Shown here one piece after another: positions 26,401-36,354 of a stretch of DNA of 43,795 nt (positions are counted from its first letter, which is position 1; each line of letters starts with the position of its first letter). This stretch comes from an uncultured Bacteroidaceae bacterium (GTDB taxonomy: Bacteria > Bacteroidota > Bacteroidia > Bacteroidales > P3): contig CAZVEO010000001.1 of the NCBI GenBank assembly GCA_964626385.1, positions 4,658-48,452 on the forward strand. Direction: 5' to 3'. The notes under the pieces were generated by a model that worked only from the letters and a program-made list of their open reading frames with translations, ran no database searches and was not told the DNA's origin. The translations under genes were made by a program, and so were the position numbers.

Positions 26401-28803
26401 TTAAAATTCAATGGTTATTTTTGCATTAAGCAAAGATGGAGTAAGGTAGTTGGGTACAGGGTAGGTTATATTGTTATTGTCTTTTATATAAGTATAGGAA
26501 ATAATATTTTTATTGTTGAAAACATTTAACCACTCTACATTTAACCAAATACGTTTAATTACTTTAAGAAAGTTTTTCTTTGCCCAAGAGTCCTCTTCAT
26601 CTTTTATTCTAAACGTAAAGGCAAGGTCGGCTCTCATATAATTGGGACGAGAAAGTTCCGTATTTGTATTAGGAATAAAGAAGGGATAGCCACTACCATA
26701 ATTAAAATTCAAATACACTCTCATCCATGGCATTGAAGGTAAGTAGTCTTGAAAACTAACGCTAACATTGACTAATTGGTCGGTTGGGCGTGCAAGATAA
26801 CCTTTGCCATCTCCTTCAATATCTTGTTTTGTTTGCATAAGAGAAAGTGTTAGCCAAGAGTCTATTCCCTTAATAAATTCCCCAAAAAGTTTTATATCTA
26901 AGCCTGTGGCATAACCTACGGCATTGTTTTCTGCGGTGTATCTTAAACGAAGATTATCTACATAATAAGGTATTAAATCCCAAAGATGTTTGTAATATAA
27001 AGAAGAAGTAAGTTTGAAATTTCTTGTCCTTATTTTAAAATTCCAATCAGAAGAAAGCACAAAATGAAGGCTTTTTTGACTCTTTATATTGTGGTTAATT
27101 TCTCCTACAAGATTTCTATACTCTCTATAAAAAGGGTATTGTACATAAAGTCCAGAGGCAAAACGAAATAAAATATCTTGCTTAATTTTTGGCTTATACG
27201 CAAGGCTTACTCTTGGTGAGGGGAAAAACTCTTTATTAAAATCCCAATAATGTCCTCTTGCTCCTAAGTTAAGAAAATAAGTTCCCTTTTCTCTTTTCCA
27301 ATACAAATGACGTTGAATAAAAAAAGTAATACGATTTGAATTAATATCATTTTCACTATTGTACCAATCTTGTACATTAGGAGCAGAGGGTGGGTCGTAA
27401 ATGCCTATTTCATCTCTATTAGAAGGTATAGAATAATCGGCAGAGTCTACCATTTTCCACTCATTAAGTTTATCTGAAGTTACTTCTCTTTGATACTTAA
27501 TGCCCCAAGATAATACCCCGTTTTTGTAGTATTTTTCTCCTTTATGTTCAAAGTTAAAGAGCGTTGCTTTAAGGTTGTTTCTTGCGTGTTCTATGTAGGT
27601 ACCTATACCAAGATCAAATTCCTCATCGCTTGACAATCCTCCCGTCTCGCTCAACCAATATTGCCCTTGTATGTCGTAGGCTTCTTTTTCGTGCGTGGAA
27701 TAGGCTGAGGTGATAAATTTTAGGTGCAAATCTTCCTTCATTTTATAGTTAAGTTTTAAGGCGCCAAACATAGAGGAAAATCTATCTTTTTCTTTTCCAT
27801 CAAAATATACTTTGAATTTTAGAGGGTTGTTTATATCTCCAAAATCCGTTTCTCTATTTTCTGGTTCAAATTCGTATGTATTATCGGAGATATTACCAAT
27901 AAAAGACATCTCCAACTTATTATTTATATCCCAAGTCAAAAATGTTTGAAAATCGTGGAAAGTTGTGTTATAATCGCCCTCTGTTTCCAAAGAATTGAGA
28001 AGGTATTTTGTCGTTTTGTTCCTATAAGAAAATTGATAAGTAAATTTATCCTTAACCCTATCAGCCAAATAAAGTCCTCCACCCAAAAGCCCAAAGGCCA
28101 AACTACCGGAAAATTCTGTAGGTTTTCTATATTTGATATCCAAAACCGATGACATTTTATCTCCATATTCAGAAGCAAAACCGCCAGAAGAAAATTGTAT
28201 ATCGCTAATCATATCAGGGTTAATGAAAGATAAACCCTCTTGTTGCCCGTTTCTAACAAGTATAGGACGAAATATTTCTATATCATTTACATAAACCAAA
28301 TTCTCGTCAAAATTGCCACCTCTTACAGAATATTGCGAGGAAAGTTCATTGTTAGAGGAAACGCCTTCTATTGTCTTAATTACATTTTCCACTCCACCCG
28401 TGGGACCTGCTGCAGTTTTTGCCCAATCAGAAGAAATTCTTGAAACTCCTTCCTCTCTTGCATAGTCGCCTTTTACCTCTACGGCTTGCAAAGTAGTAGA
28501 AGACTCGGTTAAAACAATATTTAAGGTTAGTATTTGTGCTTTTTTTAGAGTTATAGTAGTGTCAAAATCTTTGTATCCAATGCAAGAATATTTTAAATGA
28601 TATTCTTTTCCCACTTGCAAAGAAAGAGAATACTCTCCTTTTTGGTTGGTTGAGGTACCTATGGGTTTTGACAGATTTATAGAACCAATACTAACGTTTT
28701 CTATAGGTTGGTTGTTTTTATTTCTAACCACTCCTTTTACTTGTTGAGCAGATAGAGAAAAACCAACACACAATAGCAATATCAAACAAATATATCGTTT
28801 CAA
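26401..28803 (-). CDS. TonB-dependent receptor with CarboxypepD_reg-like N-terminal domain
   Basis: 800 aa. Signal peptide, VKGVVRNKNNQPIENVSI domain, and a long beta-rich barrel ending in ...KITIEF. Confidence 0.8.
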   Translation of the reverse strand: MKRYICLILLLCVGFSLSAQQVKGVVRNKNNQPIENVSIGSINLSKPIGTSTNQKGEYSLSLQVGKEYHLKYSCIGYKDFDTTITLKKAQILTLNIVLTESSTTLQAVEVKGDYAREEGVSRISSDWAKTAAGPTGGVENVIKTIEGVSSNNELSSQYSVRGGNFDENLVYVNDIEIFRPILVRNGQQEGLSFINPDMISDIQFSSGGFASEYGDKMSSVLDIKYRKPTEFSGSLAFGLLGGGLYLADRVKDKFTYQFSYRNKTTKYLLNSLETEGDYNTTFHDFQTFLTWDINNKLEMSFIGNISDNTYEFEPENRETDFGDINNPLKFKVYFDGKEKDRFSSMFGALKLNYKMKEDLHLKFITSAYSTHEKEAYDIQGQYWLSETGGLSSDEEFDLGIGTYIEHARNNLKATLFNFEHKGEKYYKNGVLSWGIKYQREVTSDKLNEWKMVDSADYSIPSNRDEIGIYDPPSAPNVQDWYNSENDINSNRITFFIQRHLYWKREKGTYFLNLGARGHYWDFNKEFFPSPRVSLAYKPKIKQDILFRFASGLYVQYPFYREYRNLVGEINHNIKSQKSLHFVLSSDWNFKIRTRNFKLTSSLYYKHLWDLIPYYVDNLRLRYTAENNAVGYATGLDIKLFGEFIKGIDSWLTLSLMQTKQDIEGDGKGYLARPTDQLVNVSVSFQDYLPSMPWMRVYLNFNYGSGYPFFIPNTNTELSRPNYMRADLAFTFRIKDEEDSWAKKNFLKVIKRIWLNVEWLNVFNNKNIISYTYIKDNNNITYPVPNYLTPSLLNAKITIEF

Positions 28804-28871
28804 CTTTTTTTCCTTTATTTTTCTTGTATAAGATTTATAAACTTATTTTTTTATCAAATATTTTTTTAGAT

Positions 28872-31400
28872 TTAGTATTCTTCTTTTGGATAAAGAGAGT
28901 TCCACCAAGTATCATCGCCTTTCAACCATTTGGCAAACCAAGCGTAGATTGTGTTATTCCACTTCAAACGTTTATCAAAATCAACTATTCCATGATTTTC
29001 TCCTTTCACTGTGATAAACTCTACTTCTCTGCCCAATATTTTTAGAGCATTATACATTTGTATGCTTTCTCCTATAGGTACATTGGTGTCAGAGGTTCCG
29101 TGTAGTAAAAGTAAAGGAGTATGTATTTTATCGGCATTGAATAGCGGAGAGTGTTTGGTATACAAATCTGGGTTGTTCCAAGGGTAATTATCAGATGTAG
29201 CGGCTCCAGAATAAGAATATCCCCAATAGCCCTCTCCCCAATAGGAAGTAATGTTTGAAATACCAGCATGAGATATGGCACAAGCAAAAATATCTGTCTT
29301 TGTTTGCAAATACTGTGTCATAAAACCTCCATAACTTGCTCCCATACAGCCAATATGTTTATCATCTATAAACTTAAAAGTCTTGCATACTCTTTTTACT
29401 CCTTCTATAATTTCCTCTGCCGTATAATCACCCCAAGCATTAACATGTCTTGCTGCAAACTCTTGTCCCCAGCCTGTTGTTCCACTTGGGTTTATAACAT
29501 ATACGACATAATCTTGTTGAGTATAAAGCCAAGCAGAATATCTCATTTCAAAACTTCTATCCGTTGGAGAACAACCACCATAATAATAAACTATCATAGG
29601 GTATTTTTTTGTAGAATCAAAATTTGCAGGGTAATACAATCGTCCGTCTATATCAAAGTTATGCATACGAAAAGAGAATTTTTCCATTTTTCCTATTGAC
29701 AATTGCTCAAACTCTTGTTTTTTTGGGAAAAATACTTCCTTAACAGTAATAATATTATAATTCACTGTATCCAAAACAGCATGGAATACTCGCTTGGGTT
29801 TGTTATAATTCTCTCCATAATAAACGATTTGACTTTCATCTTGTGATATATCAAAACTATGAACAATATCCACCCCAAGATTTAACAAAGTAAAATTATT
29901 ATCCTTTAAATTATAACGAAATACAGATATGGAGTCCTTGTTTTCGCAAGTAAGATATAAGTTGTTCTTTCTTACTATTACATTTGTAACATTAGGAGAA
30001 AAGTTTTTGCCAAGGGGTGTTATTTTTTTTGTTTCCAAGTTCATCAAATAGATAGAGTAATTGAAAGCGTTGGGTATTTGATTTTTTTTCAATGTAGAGC
30101 CTATTGAGTTAAAAGCCTCATTGCTTGCTTTGAGTACAATGTTTTTTCCATCCATTAAGTATTGTGCCAAAGCAACAAAACCATCGTTTTCTATCAATGT
30201 ATCTATTTTGTTGTTACTTAAATCATATTGATATATATTATTGAATGTAAAAGGGCGCTTGGTTATATCGTCTTTGGTTATAGAAAACAAGAGTTTATTG
30301 TCTTTCACATCATTTAAATAAGTAGAATGAAATGTATGAAATAATTTGCCATAGTGTTCTTTGCTATAGCAGTATAACTCTCTCCTATCTCTCCAGCCCG
30401 GTATTCTATCATCGGGCAAATACATACGATGCAAGTCGCCCGAGGTATTATCTTTTTTGCTAACCTTAGAAAGTATATAAGATATAGAAGAATCATTGTT
30501 GTCATTGTTTAGAAAAGTAATCTCTCCTTCCAAATCCATAGTTTTGTCAAAAACAAGTTTTCTTTCTTTGTTCTCTACGTTTAAGGTATAGAGCTTGTTT
30601 TTATCCTTATAGTATAGCAAATTAGAATTAGGTTTCCATTGATAAGAAGTGATTTTGTTGTCTTCAAAGACTATTTTGTCCTCAGTAGTGTTGCGAACCT
30701 CTATTCTATAAGTAGACTTACCTTTATCATCCGTATTATAATATTTTACCATATAATAGTCTCCGCTCTCCGATATAGTAGTATTATATGGTTTTTCTCC
30801 GCATAGCATTGTCCTTAAAGTAAGTCCGCTTTGAGTAGTTGTATGGTCGTTTTCATTATAAATTAAAGTCCTTATTTTGTAAAAATCGGAGTTTTTGCTT
30901 TGCTCTATCTTTGATTTAAGACACAACACTGCTATCCCTACTATGTGTGTGCCGGGTTCTAATTCTTTTTCTACCAATAGTTTGCTTTCTTCTGTAATAT
31001 CTTCCTCTATACTTGTTTTTTCTTTTACTTGTTCTCCGTCTATAGATACCTTTAACTCTGTATTACAATAAACCTCAAATTTCACCTTTTCTCTTTTGTT
31101 TAAATTTACAGAAAAAAAGTATTTGGCTACATTGTATTCGCTTTTTATAGTTATGGTATCCCATCCGTCCAAAGTGGTTATATATTCGTTTTTATATGTA
31201 TTTTTATTTATCTTTGGTGTTTTAAAATAATCCTTTGCAGAAAATTTTTTGCCTTGATTATTCAAAGAATCCAAAATTATTGGAGAGGAAAAACTTTCCA
31301 TTTCAAAGAAATATTTTGTAATTGGTTTTTGTGCCTTAAGCAAAGGAATACACAATGCAAAAATTATACACGTAAGAGAAAATTTTATTATTCTTTTCAT
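28872..31400 (-). CDS. S9 family serine peptidase (prolyl oligopeptidase/dipeptidyl-peptidase type)
   Basis: 842 aa with a signal peptide. C-terminal alpha/beta hydrolase with GCMGASYGG nucleophile elbow and LLLLHGTSDTNVP and GENHGI Asp/His contexts. Confidence 0.85.
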   Translation of the reverse strand: MKRIIKFSLTCIIFALCIPLLKAQKPITKYFFEMESFSSPIILDSLNNQGKKFSAKDYFKTPKINKNTYKNEYITTLDGWDTITIKSEYNVAKYFFSVNLNKREKVKFEVYCNTELKVSIDGEQVKEKTSIEEDITEESKLLVEKELEPGTHIVGIAVLCLKSKIEQSKNSDFYKIRTLIYNENDHTTTQSGLTLRTMLCGEKPYNTTISESGDYYMVKYYNTDDKGKSTYRIEVRNTTEDKIVFEDNKITSYQWKPNSNLLYYKDKNKLYTLNVENKERKLVFDKTMDLEGEITFLNNDNNDSSISYILSKVSKKDNTSGDLHRMYLPDDRIPGWRDRRELYCYSKEHYGKLFHTFHSTYLNDVKDNKLLFSITKDDITKRPFTFNNIYQYDLSNNKIDTLIENDGFVALAQYLMDGKNIVLKASNEAFNSIGSTLKKNQIPNAFNYSIYLMNLETKKITPLGKNFSPNVTNVIVRKNNLYLTCENKDSISVFRYNLKDNNFTLLNLGVDIVHSFDISQDESQIVYYGENYNKPKRVFHAVLDTVNYNIITVKEVFFPKKQEFEQLSIGKMEKFSFRMHNFDIDGRLYYPANFDSTKKYPMIVYYYGGCSPTDRSFEMRYSAWLYTQQDYVVYVINPSGTTGWGQEFAARHVNAWGDYTAEEIIEGVKRVCKTFKFIDDKHIGCMGASYGGFMTQYLQTKTDIFACAISHAGISNITSYWGEGYWGYSYSGAATSDNYPWNNPDLYTKHSPLFNADKIHTPLLLLHGTSDTNVPIGESIQMYNALKILGREVEFITVKGENHGIVDFDKRLKWNNTIYAWFAKWLKGDDTWWNSLYPKEEY

Positions 31401-31415
31401 TATTTTTTTTTTATT

Positions 31416-31889
31416 TTATTCCAAACTAATATCATCGGGCAAATAAGGACGAATATCCTTATTATAGTGTAACATTTCCCTTACAAAAGAAGAGGAAACA
31501 AAATCTTGTCTTGTATTTGAGAGCATAAAAATGGTTTCTATTTCTGGATTTATAGCCTTATTTATCTCAAATATATTTTTTTCGTATGCAAAGTCCATCT
31601 CATTTCTTAACCCTCTAAGTATATATTTTGCTCCTACTTTAAGGCAATAATCCACAGTCAAACAAGTAAAAGTATCGGATACAATATTATCGTATTTTTC
31701 AAAAGTTTGATTTATCCAAAGCAATCTTTTATCCAAGGGAAAAAGAGTTTTCTTATCTGAATTTTCTCCTATTGCAACTATAATTTTGTCAAACAATGGT
31801 AAGGCACGTAATACTATATCTTTGTGTCCTATGGTTATAGGATCAAAACTACCGGGAAATATGGCTATTTTTTCATTTTTCATTGACAA
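31416..31889 (-). CDS. coaD: Pantetheine-phosphate adenylyltransferase
   Basis: 157 aa with the IAIFPGSFDPITIGHKDIV nucleotidyltransferase motif. Confidence 0.93.
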   Translation of the reverse strand: MSMKNEKIAIFPGSFDPITIGHKDIVLRALPLFDKIIVAIGENSDKKTLFPLDKRLLWINQTFEKYDNIVSDTFTCLTVDYCLKVGAKYILRGLRNEMDFAYEKNIFEINKAINPEIETIFMLSNTRQDFVSSSFVREMLHYNKDIRPYLPDDISLE

Positions 31890-31897
31890 ATTATTTT

Positions 31898-32650
31898 CTA
31901 ATAAGTGCGTTTTCTATTTGGACGAGTGGCTTGTTTGTGTTCTTGCTCCTCATTTATTACATAAATAAGTTTAAAACTCAACCAATTATTCTTAAAACTC
32001 CTTAACCATGTGCGATAATTTGTTTGGTCTACTGCAGGGAAAGAGTTATTAAATTCAAAGTCCTTTCTTATAGGTAACAAAGAGTATTGATATCTTACGT
32101 CAAGTTTGAATTTTTGCCAAATCGTAAAACGGAAATCTCCCACTATTGCCAAATCGTTTTTCAAAAAAGAGGCTTTGGTAAGAGTAGGCCTATCCATACC
32201 TTGAATAAGAGTATCCGGTAAAGTCCAAGACTCCGAAGAGTGTACCAACCTACTATACTGCAATCCTAAGCCCAAAGTAACCCCTCCTCTTTTATCTATG
32301 AAATGCACCATAACAGGAATATCCACATAGTCCAAAGAGGCTTTGTAAATAAAAGGGTCGCCGGCAGTAGATTCCTTTGCTCCTCTTTGAGAATAGTTTA
32401 TCTCCATGGAGACTTGAAATCCTTCGTTTGGCTTGTTGGAATTAAAGGGCAACATTGCTCCTATACCAACCAAAGGTGCAACTTTTTTAAAACCATAAAC
32501 CTCGTCTCCATCTATTTGAGATACATTAAAACCAAGAGATACAAAACCCTTGAAAAACTGAGCTTTAACTTCAAAAGAAGCAAAGCAAAAAATTAGTCCT
32601 ACAAATATAATAAAAGCAATTTTGCTTGATTTTTTATGCTTACCAATCAT
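31898..32650 (-). CDS. Outer-membrane beta-barrel (porin-family/PorT-like) protein
   Basis: 250 aa. Signal peptide ending EVKAQ, then an alternating hydrophobic beta-strand pattern. Confidence 0.6.
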   Translation of the reverse strand: MIGKHKKSSKIAFIIFVGLIFCFASFEVKAQFFKGFVSLGFNVSQIDGDEVYGFKKVAPLVGIGAMLPFNSNKPNEGFQVSMEINYSQRGAKESTAGDPFIYKASLDYVDIPVMVHFIDKRGGVTLGLGLQYSRLVHSSESWTLPDTLIQGMDRPTLTKASFLKNDLAIVGDFRFTIWQKFKLDVRYQYSLLPIRKDFEFNNSFPAVDQTNYRTWLRSFKNNWLSFKLIYVINEEQEHKQATRPNRKRTY

Positions 32651-32776
32651 ATAATAGCAGTATTTTTCAGAATGATTAAACGAAAAATTATCTGTTTTAT
32701 TTTTTTTGTATCCTAATTATTGCATCACACTGTTTTTCTATTTATAGAATTTGTTGTAAAGAGGATGATTTTTTTC

Positions 32777-34132
32777 TTATATTAAACTATCTGCAAATTG
32801 TTGAAAATTCAACCCGTCAAAATTACCCGAGGACATCATAAGAATACAAAGATTTTGCATCTTATTTTGTTTTATATCCTCAATCATTTGATTTTTATCT
32901 GTATAAATTTTTAAATCTTGTTTTTGAAAGGCAGAATAAATTTCCTCTTTGTTCAAATCTGCTAAGCGTTTCAACTCTAAGGCGTGGTGGCTATAATAAA
33001 CCATAGCCATATCGGCTTTGTCCATAGTACCTTTGTATTGTTGCAAAAATTCTTTGGTAAGCGAGGAAAAAGTGTGCAACTCCATACAAGCCATAAGTTT
33101 TCTATTAGGAAACCAATCTTTAATGGCATCTATTGTGGCTTTGAGTTTGGAAGGAGAATGAGCAAAATCTTTGTAAATACTTACGCTGTCGTTTTTCTTT
33201 ATTAGTTGTAGTCGATTTGATGCTCCTTTGAAACTTTGCATAGACAACAAAAATTCTTCGTTTGATATACCTATTTGTTCGCAAGCAAGCATAGCAGCGT
33301 GCATATTCATCAAATTATGCTTTCCAAACACTTGAATAAGGTATTTTTTCTCTTGGTGTATTATATAGGTGTTGCCATTTTCTATTTCATAGGATAGGGC
33401 AGAGTAGGGTAGTTTTTTTATATCTTTGCGAGAGTATTGTGCAATATTTCTAACCTCTTTGTCTTCGTTGCAATAAATGAGAGTGCCGTTGTTTTCTATT
33501 TTGTCGGCAAAGATTTCAAATTGTTTGCAATAGTTTTCAAATGTAGGAAAGACATTTATATGATCCCAAGCAATACCCGTAATTATAGCAATGTTTGGCT
33601 TATATAGATGAAATTTTGGACGTTTGTCAAGTGTTGAGGTTAGATACTCGTCTCCTTCCAAAACCATATACTTACTTTCTTTGCTAAATTTTACCATTAC
33701 TTCAAAACCTTCCAACAACGCTCCAACCATATAATCTGTTTCCACTTTGTTTTCTTGCATAGCGTGAAGTATCATTGCTGTTGTTGTGGTTTTTCCATGA
33801 GAGCCACCAACAACTATACGCGTTTTGTCTTTGGACATTTCATAAAGAAACTCAGGGTAAGAATATATTTTTATTTCTAATTCCTTAGCCTTTAATAGTT
33901 CTGGGTTGTCCTCTTTGGCGTGCATACCAAGAATTATAGCATCCAAATCTTTGCTTATTCTTTCTGTTTTCCAGCCTATTTCTTTGGGTAAAATACCATA
34001 TTTCTCCAATCTTTCTTTGGCAGGAGAAAATATTTCATCATCACTACCACTTATTTCATACCCTTTTAATTTTAGTGCTATTGCCAAATTATGCATTGCA
34101 CTGCCACCTATAGCAATAAAATGTATTCTCAT
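32777..34132 (-). CDS. mpl: UDP-N-acetylmuramate:L-alanyl-gamma-D-glutamyl-meso-DAP ligase (Mur ligase family, Mpl type)
   Basis: 451 aa. MRIHFIAIGGSAMHNLA N-terminus and GGSHGKTTTTAM P-loop. Confidence 0.8.
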   Translation of the reverse strand: MRIHFIAIGGSAMHNLAIALKLKGYEISGSDDEIFSPAKERLEKYGILPKEIGWKTERISKDLDAIILGMHAKEDNPELLKAKELEIKIYSYPEFLYEMSKDKTRIVVGGSHGKTTTTAMILHAMQENKVETDYMVGALLEGFEVMVKFSKESKYMVLEGDEYLTSTLDKRPKFHLYKPNIAIITGIAWDHINVFPTFENYCKQFEIFADKIENNGTLIYCNEDKEVRNIAQYSRKDIKKLPYSALSYEIENGNTYIIHQEKKYLIQVFGKHNLMNMHAAMLACEQIGISNEEFLLSMQSFKGASNRLQLIKKNDSVSIYKDFAHSPSKLKATIDAIKDWFPNRKLMACMELHTFSSLTKEFLQQYKGTMDKADMAMVYYSHHALELKRLADLNKEEIYSAFQKQDLKIYTDKNQMIEDIKQNKMQNLCILMMSSGNFDGLNFQQFADSLI

Positions 34133-34339
34133 CTTTTTTATATGGTTTTCTATTTATCTTTTTTGCGAAATTACAAAAATAAAAAGAAAGTAACGGTTCA
34201 GTCCTTGTGCTAACCTTAAATAACTCATCACAACTCATGCTAACCTATAAAAAGAAAAAAACAAAAAAATAACAAAAAGAAAAACAAAAGAATCGGTTTA
34301 CTGATTATCAATAAGTTATAAAAAAAAAGTGTGCACGCG

Positions 34340-34371
34340 TTTGGTCAGGTCAAAAAATCTTCGTAACTTTG
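34340..34371 (+). promoter_or_regulatory. Strong candidate promoter inside twin element B (-33 TTTG, -7 TAACTTTG)
   Basis: Same block as 9910-9941 with a single substitution in the spacer. Confidence 0.5.
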
Positions 34372-34377
34372 TAAGAG

Positions 34378-34503
34378 AAAAAGATACCTACCACAAAATT
34401 CCCATTTTTTACCCTTATAACTATCTGATAATCAATAATAACGAATCTTCGTTTCGAGAAATCGAAACGAAGATTCGTCGAAATAAAACGAAGATTCATT
34501 TTT
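34378..34503 (+). ncRNA. Hypothetical ~125-nt small RNA, paralogue of 9948-10073
   Basis: Arms at 34441-34455, 34464-34478 and 34485-34498 are identical to copy A. The loop differs, and a T5 run lies at 34499-34503. Confidence 0.25.
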
Positions 34504-34694
34504 GTAAAACCCGCTTAAAGAAAAATTTTTCTTCAAAAAACCTCTCGAAAACGCTGAAAATGAGGAAAAAAGCTCAATTTTACCCCTTCGAAAAAGGTTA
34601 ACTCACTGATAATCAATAGTAGCACCCTTGTTTTTTACTTTTAAATAGGTATTTACGCGATTTCCCGAAAATTTTTTTTGAGTCTTTTTTTTTG

Positions 34695-34702
34695 TATCTT
34701 TG
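34695..34702 (+). promoter_or_regulatory. Candidate -7 promoter box (TATCTTTG) for the MATE gene
   Basis: Exact TAnnTTTG match 51 nt upstream of the ATG at 34754, immediately after the end of twin element B. Confidence 0.4.
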
Positions 34703-34753
34703 CAAATTATTTTTTTGTATATAAAAGAGTGTGTAAGAGATAGAAGAATCTAT

Positions 34754-36124
34754 ATGTTGAGAAAGAAAAAGAGCGATATTTTGTTTTCCATGGTACGCAA
34801 CGGGCAAACAATGACACTTAAACAGCAATTGCATTTGGTGGCATTGTTGAGCATTCCTGGTATATTGGCACAATTATCAAGCATAATGATGCAATATATA
34901 GATGCTTCTATGGTAGGTTCTTTGGGTGCTTCTGCTTCTGCTTCCATAGGTTTGGTTTCTACTTCTACTTGGTTGTTTTGGGGAACTACTTCTATGGCTG
35001 CTATGGGCTTTTCTGTACAGGTTGCTCACTTGATAGGAGCAAAGAAAAATTCGCAGGCAAGAAACGTCCTCAGGCAAGCAATAACTTCTACTTTTGTGTT
35101 TGCTATATTTATGACACTTTTGGCAGTAAGCATATCTCCTTTTTTGCCTTCTTGGTTGGGTGGAGGAGAGGATATAAGAAAAGATGCCACCACATATTTT
35201 TTTATTTTTTCTCTGTCTTTGCCTATCTATCAAATAAATTTTCTTGCAAGCAGTATGCTAAGATGTAGTGGTAATATTCAAGTACCGAGTATTCTCAATG
35301 TTTTGATGTGTGTTTTGGATGTTTTGTTTAATTATCTGTTTATTTTTGTTTGTGGTTTGGGAGTTATGGGTGCGGCTTTGGGTACTTTGGCTGCTGAGGC
35401 GATAACGGCATCGCTTATGATGTATTTTCTTTGTGTTAAGAGCAAAGAGTTAAGCATTTTGCACGAAAAAGGCTCTTTTCTACCTCAAAAAAGTGTTGTT
35501 CTTAAAGCACTTAAAATAGGTCTTCCTATGGGAGTGGAACATGTTGTGTTGTGCGGAGCACAAATATTGACCACTGTTATTGTTGCTCCGTTAGGCAAGT
35601 TTGCCATAGCGGCCAATAGTTTTGGAGTAACAGCAGAAAGTCTTTGTTATATGCCGGGATATGGTATAGCCGATGCCGCTACTACTTTGATTGGGCAGAG
35701 CATAGGAGCCAAACGCAAGGAATTGGTAAAGCGTTTTGCCAATATAACTGTTGTTTTGGGTATTTTTGCAATGACGGTTATGGGAGTGGTTATGTATGTT
35801 TTTGCTCCTTTGATGATGGATATACTGACTCCTGTGCAAGAAATAAGAGATATGGGAGTTTCAGCCCTTAGAATAGAAGCCTTTGCTGAACCAATGTTTG
35901 CTGCAAGTATAGTTTGCTATGGTATTTTTGTTGGAGCAGGTGATACTCTTGTACCTGCCATAATGAATTTGGGCAGTATATGGGCTGTGCGCCTGACCTT
36001 GGCATCTCTTTTGGTTACAACTATGGGACTTAACGGAGTGTGGTTGGCTATGTGTATAGAGTTGTGTTTTAGAGGTGTTATTTTCCTTATGCGTTTGCGT
36101 TGGGGCAAATGGATAAAAATATAA
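34754..36124 (+). CDS. MATE family efflux transporter
   Basis: 456 aa from ATG 34754. The track ORF start at 34700 overlaps the promoter box. About 12 hydrophobic helices and the N-terminal LSIPGILAQLSSIMMQYIDASMVG are typical of MATE. Confidence 0.85.
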   Translation: MLRKKKSDILFSMVRNGQTMTLKQQLHLVALLSIPGILAQLSSIMMQYIDASMVGSLGASASASIGLVSTSTWLFWGTTSMAAMGFSVQVAHLIGAKKNSQARNVLRQAITSTFVFAIFMTLLAVSISPFLPSWLGGGEDIRKDATTYFFIFSLSLPIYQINFLASSMLRCSGNIQVPSILNVLMCVLDVLFNYLFIFVCGLGVMGAALGTLAAEAITASLMMYFLCVKSKELSILHEKGSFLPQKSVVLKALKIGLPMGVEHVVLCGAQILTTVIVAPLGKFAIAANSFGVTAESLCYMPGYGIADAATTLIGQSIGAKRKELVKRFANITVVLGIFAMTVMGVVMYVFAPLMMDILTPVQEIRDMGVSALRIEAFAEPMFAASIVCYGIFVGAGDTLVPAIMNLGSIWAVRLTLASLLVTTMGLNGVWLAMCIELCFRGVIFLMRLRWGKWIKI

Positions 36125-36140
36125 AACACCACATGCATAG

Positions 36141-36198
36141 CCTGTTTTATATGGGCAGAGCGGTTACTTTTTTTAAGGCTCTGCCCATATAAAACAGG
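36141..36198. repeat. Perfect 21-bp inverted repeat built from palindromic-family words
   Basis: cctgttttatatgggcagagc (36141-36161) and gctctgcccatataaaacagg (36178-36198) with a 16-nt T-rich loop. Starts 17 nt after the MATE stop. No 3' U-run. Confidence 0.85.
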
Positions 36199-36304
36199 CT
36201 GTGCCTGTGCTAACCTATAAAAAAGCTATGCCAGAGCTTATGTTGAAACATTTTAAGCCTACAAAAAAAAATCAAAAAAATATTTGTAGGTTTGAGAAAA
36301 TATT

Positions 36305-36312
36305 TAAATTTG
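36305..36312 (+). promoter_or_regulatory. Candidate -7 promoter box (TAAATTTG) for the giant T9SS gene
   Basis: Exact TAnnTTTG match 42 nt upstream of the ATG at 36355. Confidence 0.4.
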
Positions 36313-36354
36313 CCTTATTGAAATATTTGTCATTAATTAAATTCAAAAAAAAAG

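Larger units (their letters stand above)
34236..34679 (+). repeat. Copy B of the ~445-bp twin intergenic element
   Basis: Colinear with 9801-10249. It lies between divergent genes (mpl and MATE), as copy A lies between aspA and citD. Confidence 0.85.

Noticed and set aside
34329-34601. 90-aa ORF (GTG start) inside twin element B as a small protein gene
   Set aside because: The same frame in copy A hits TAG after 27 codons (…gat ttt tag). The translated sequence is low-complexity and K/N-rich, and it spans the promoter and hairpins. The conservation is therefore at the nucleotide level.
34700-34753. Upstream start (34700) for the MATE gene as given by the ORF track
   Set aside because: That start overlaps the TATCTTTG promoter box at 34695-34702 and adds a non-hydrophobic, unconserved-looking leader. 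ATG 34754 (MLRKKK...) is the more plausible start.
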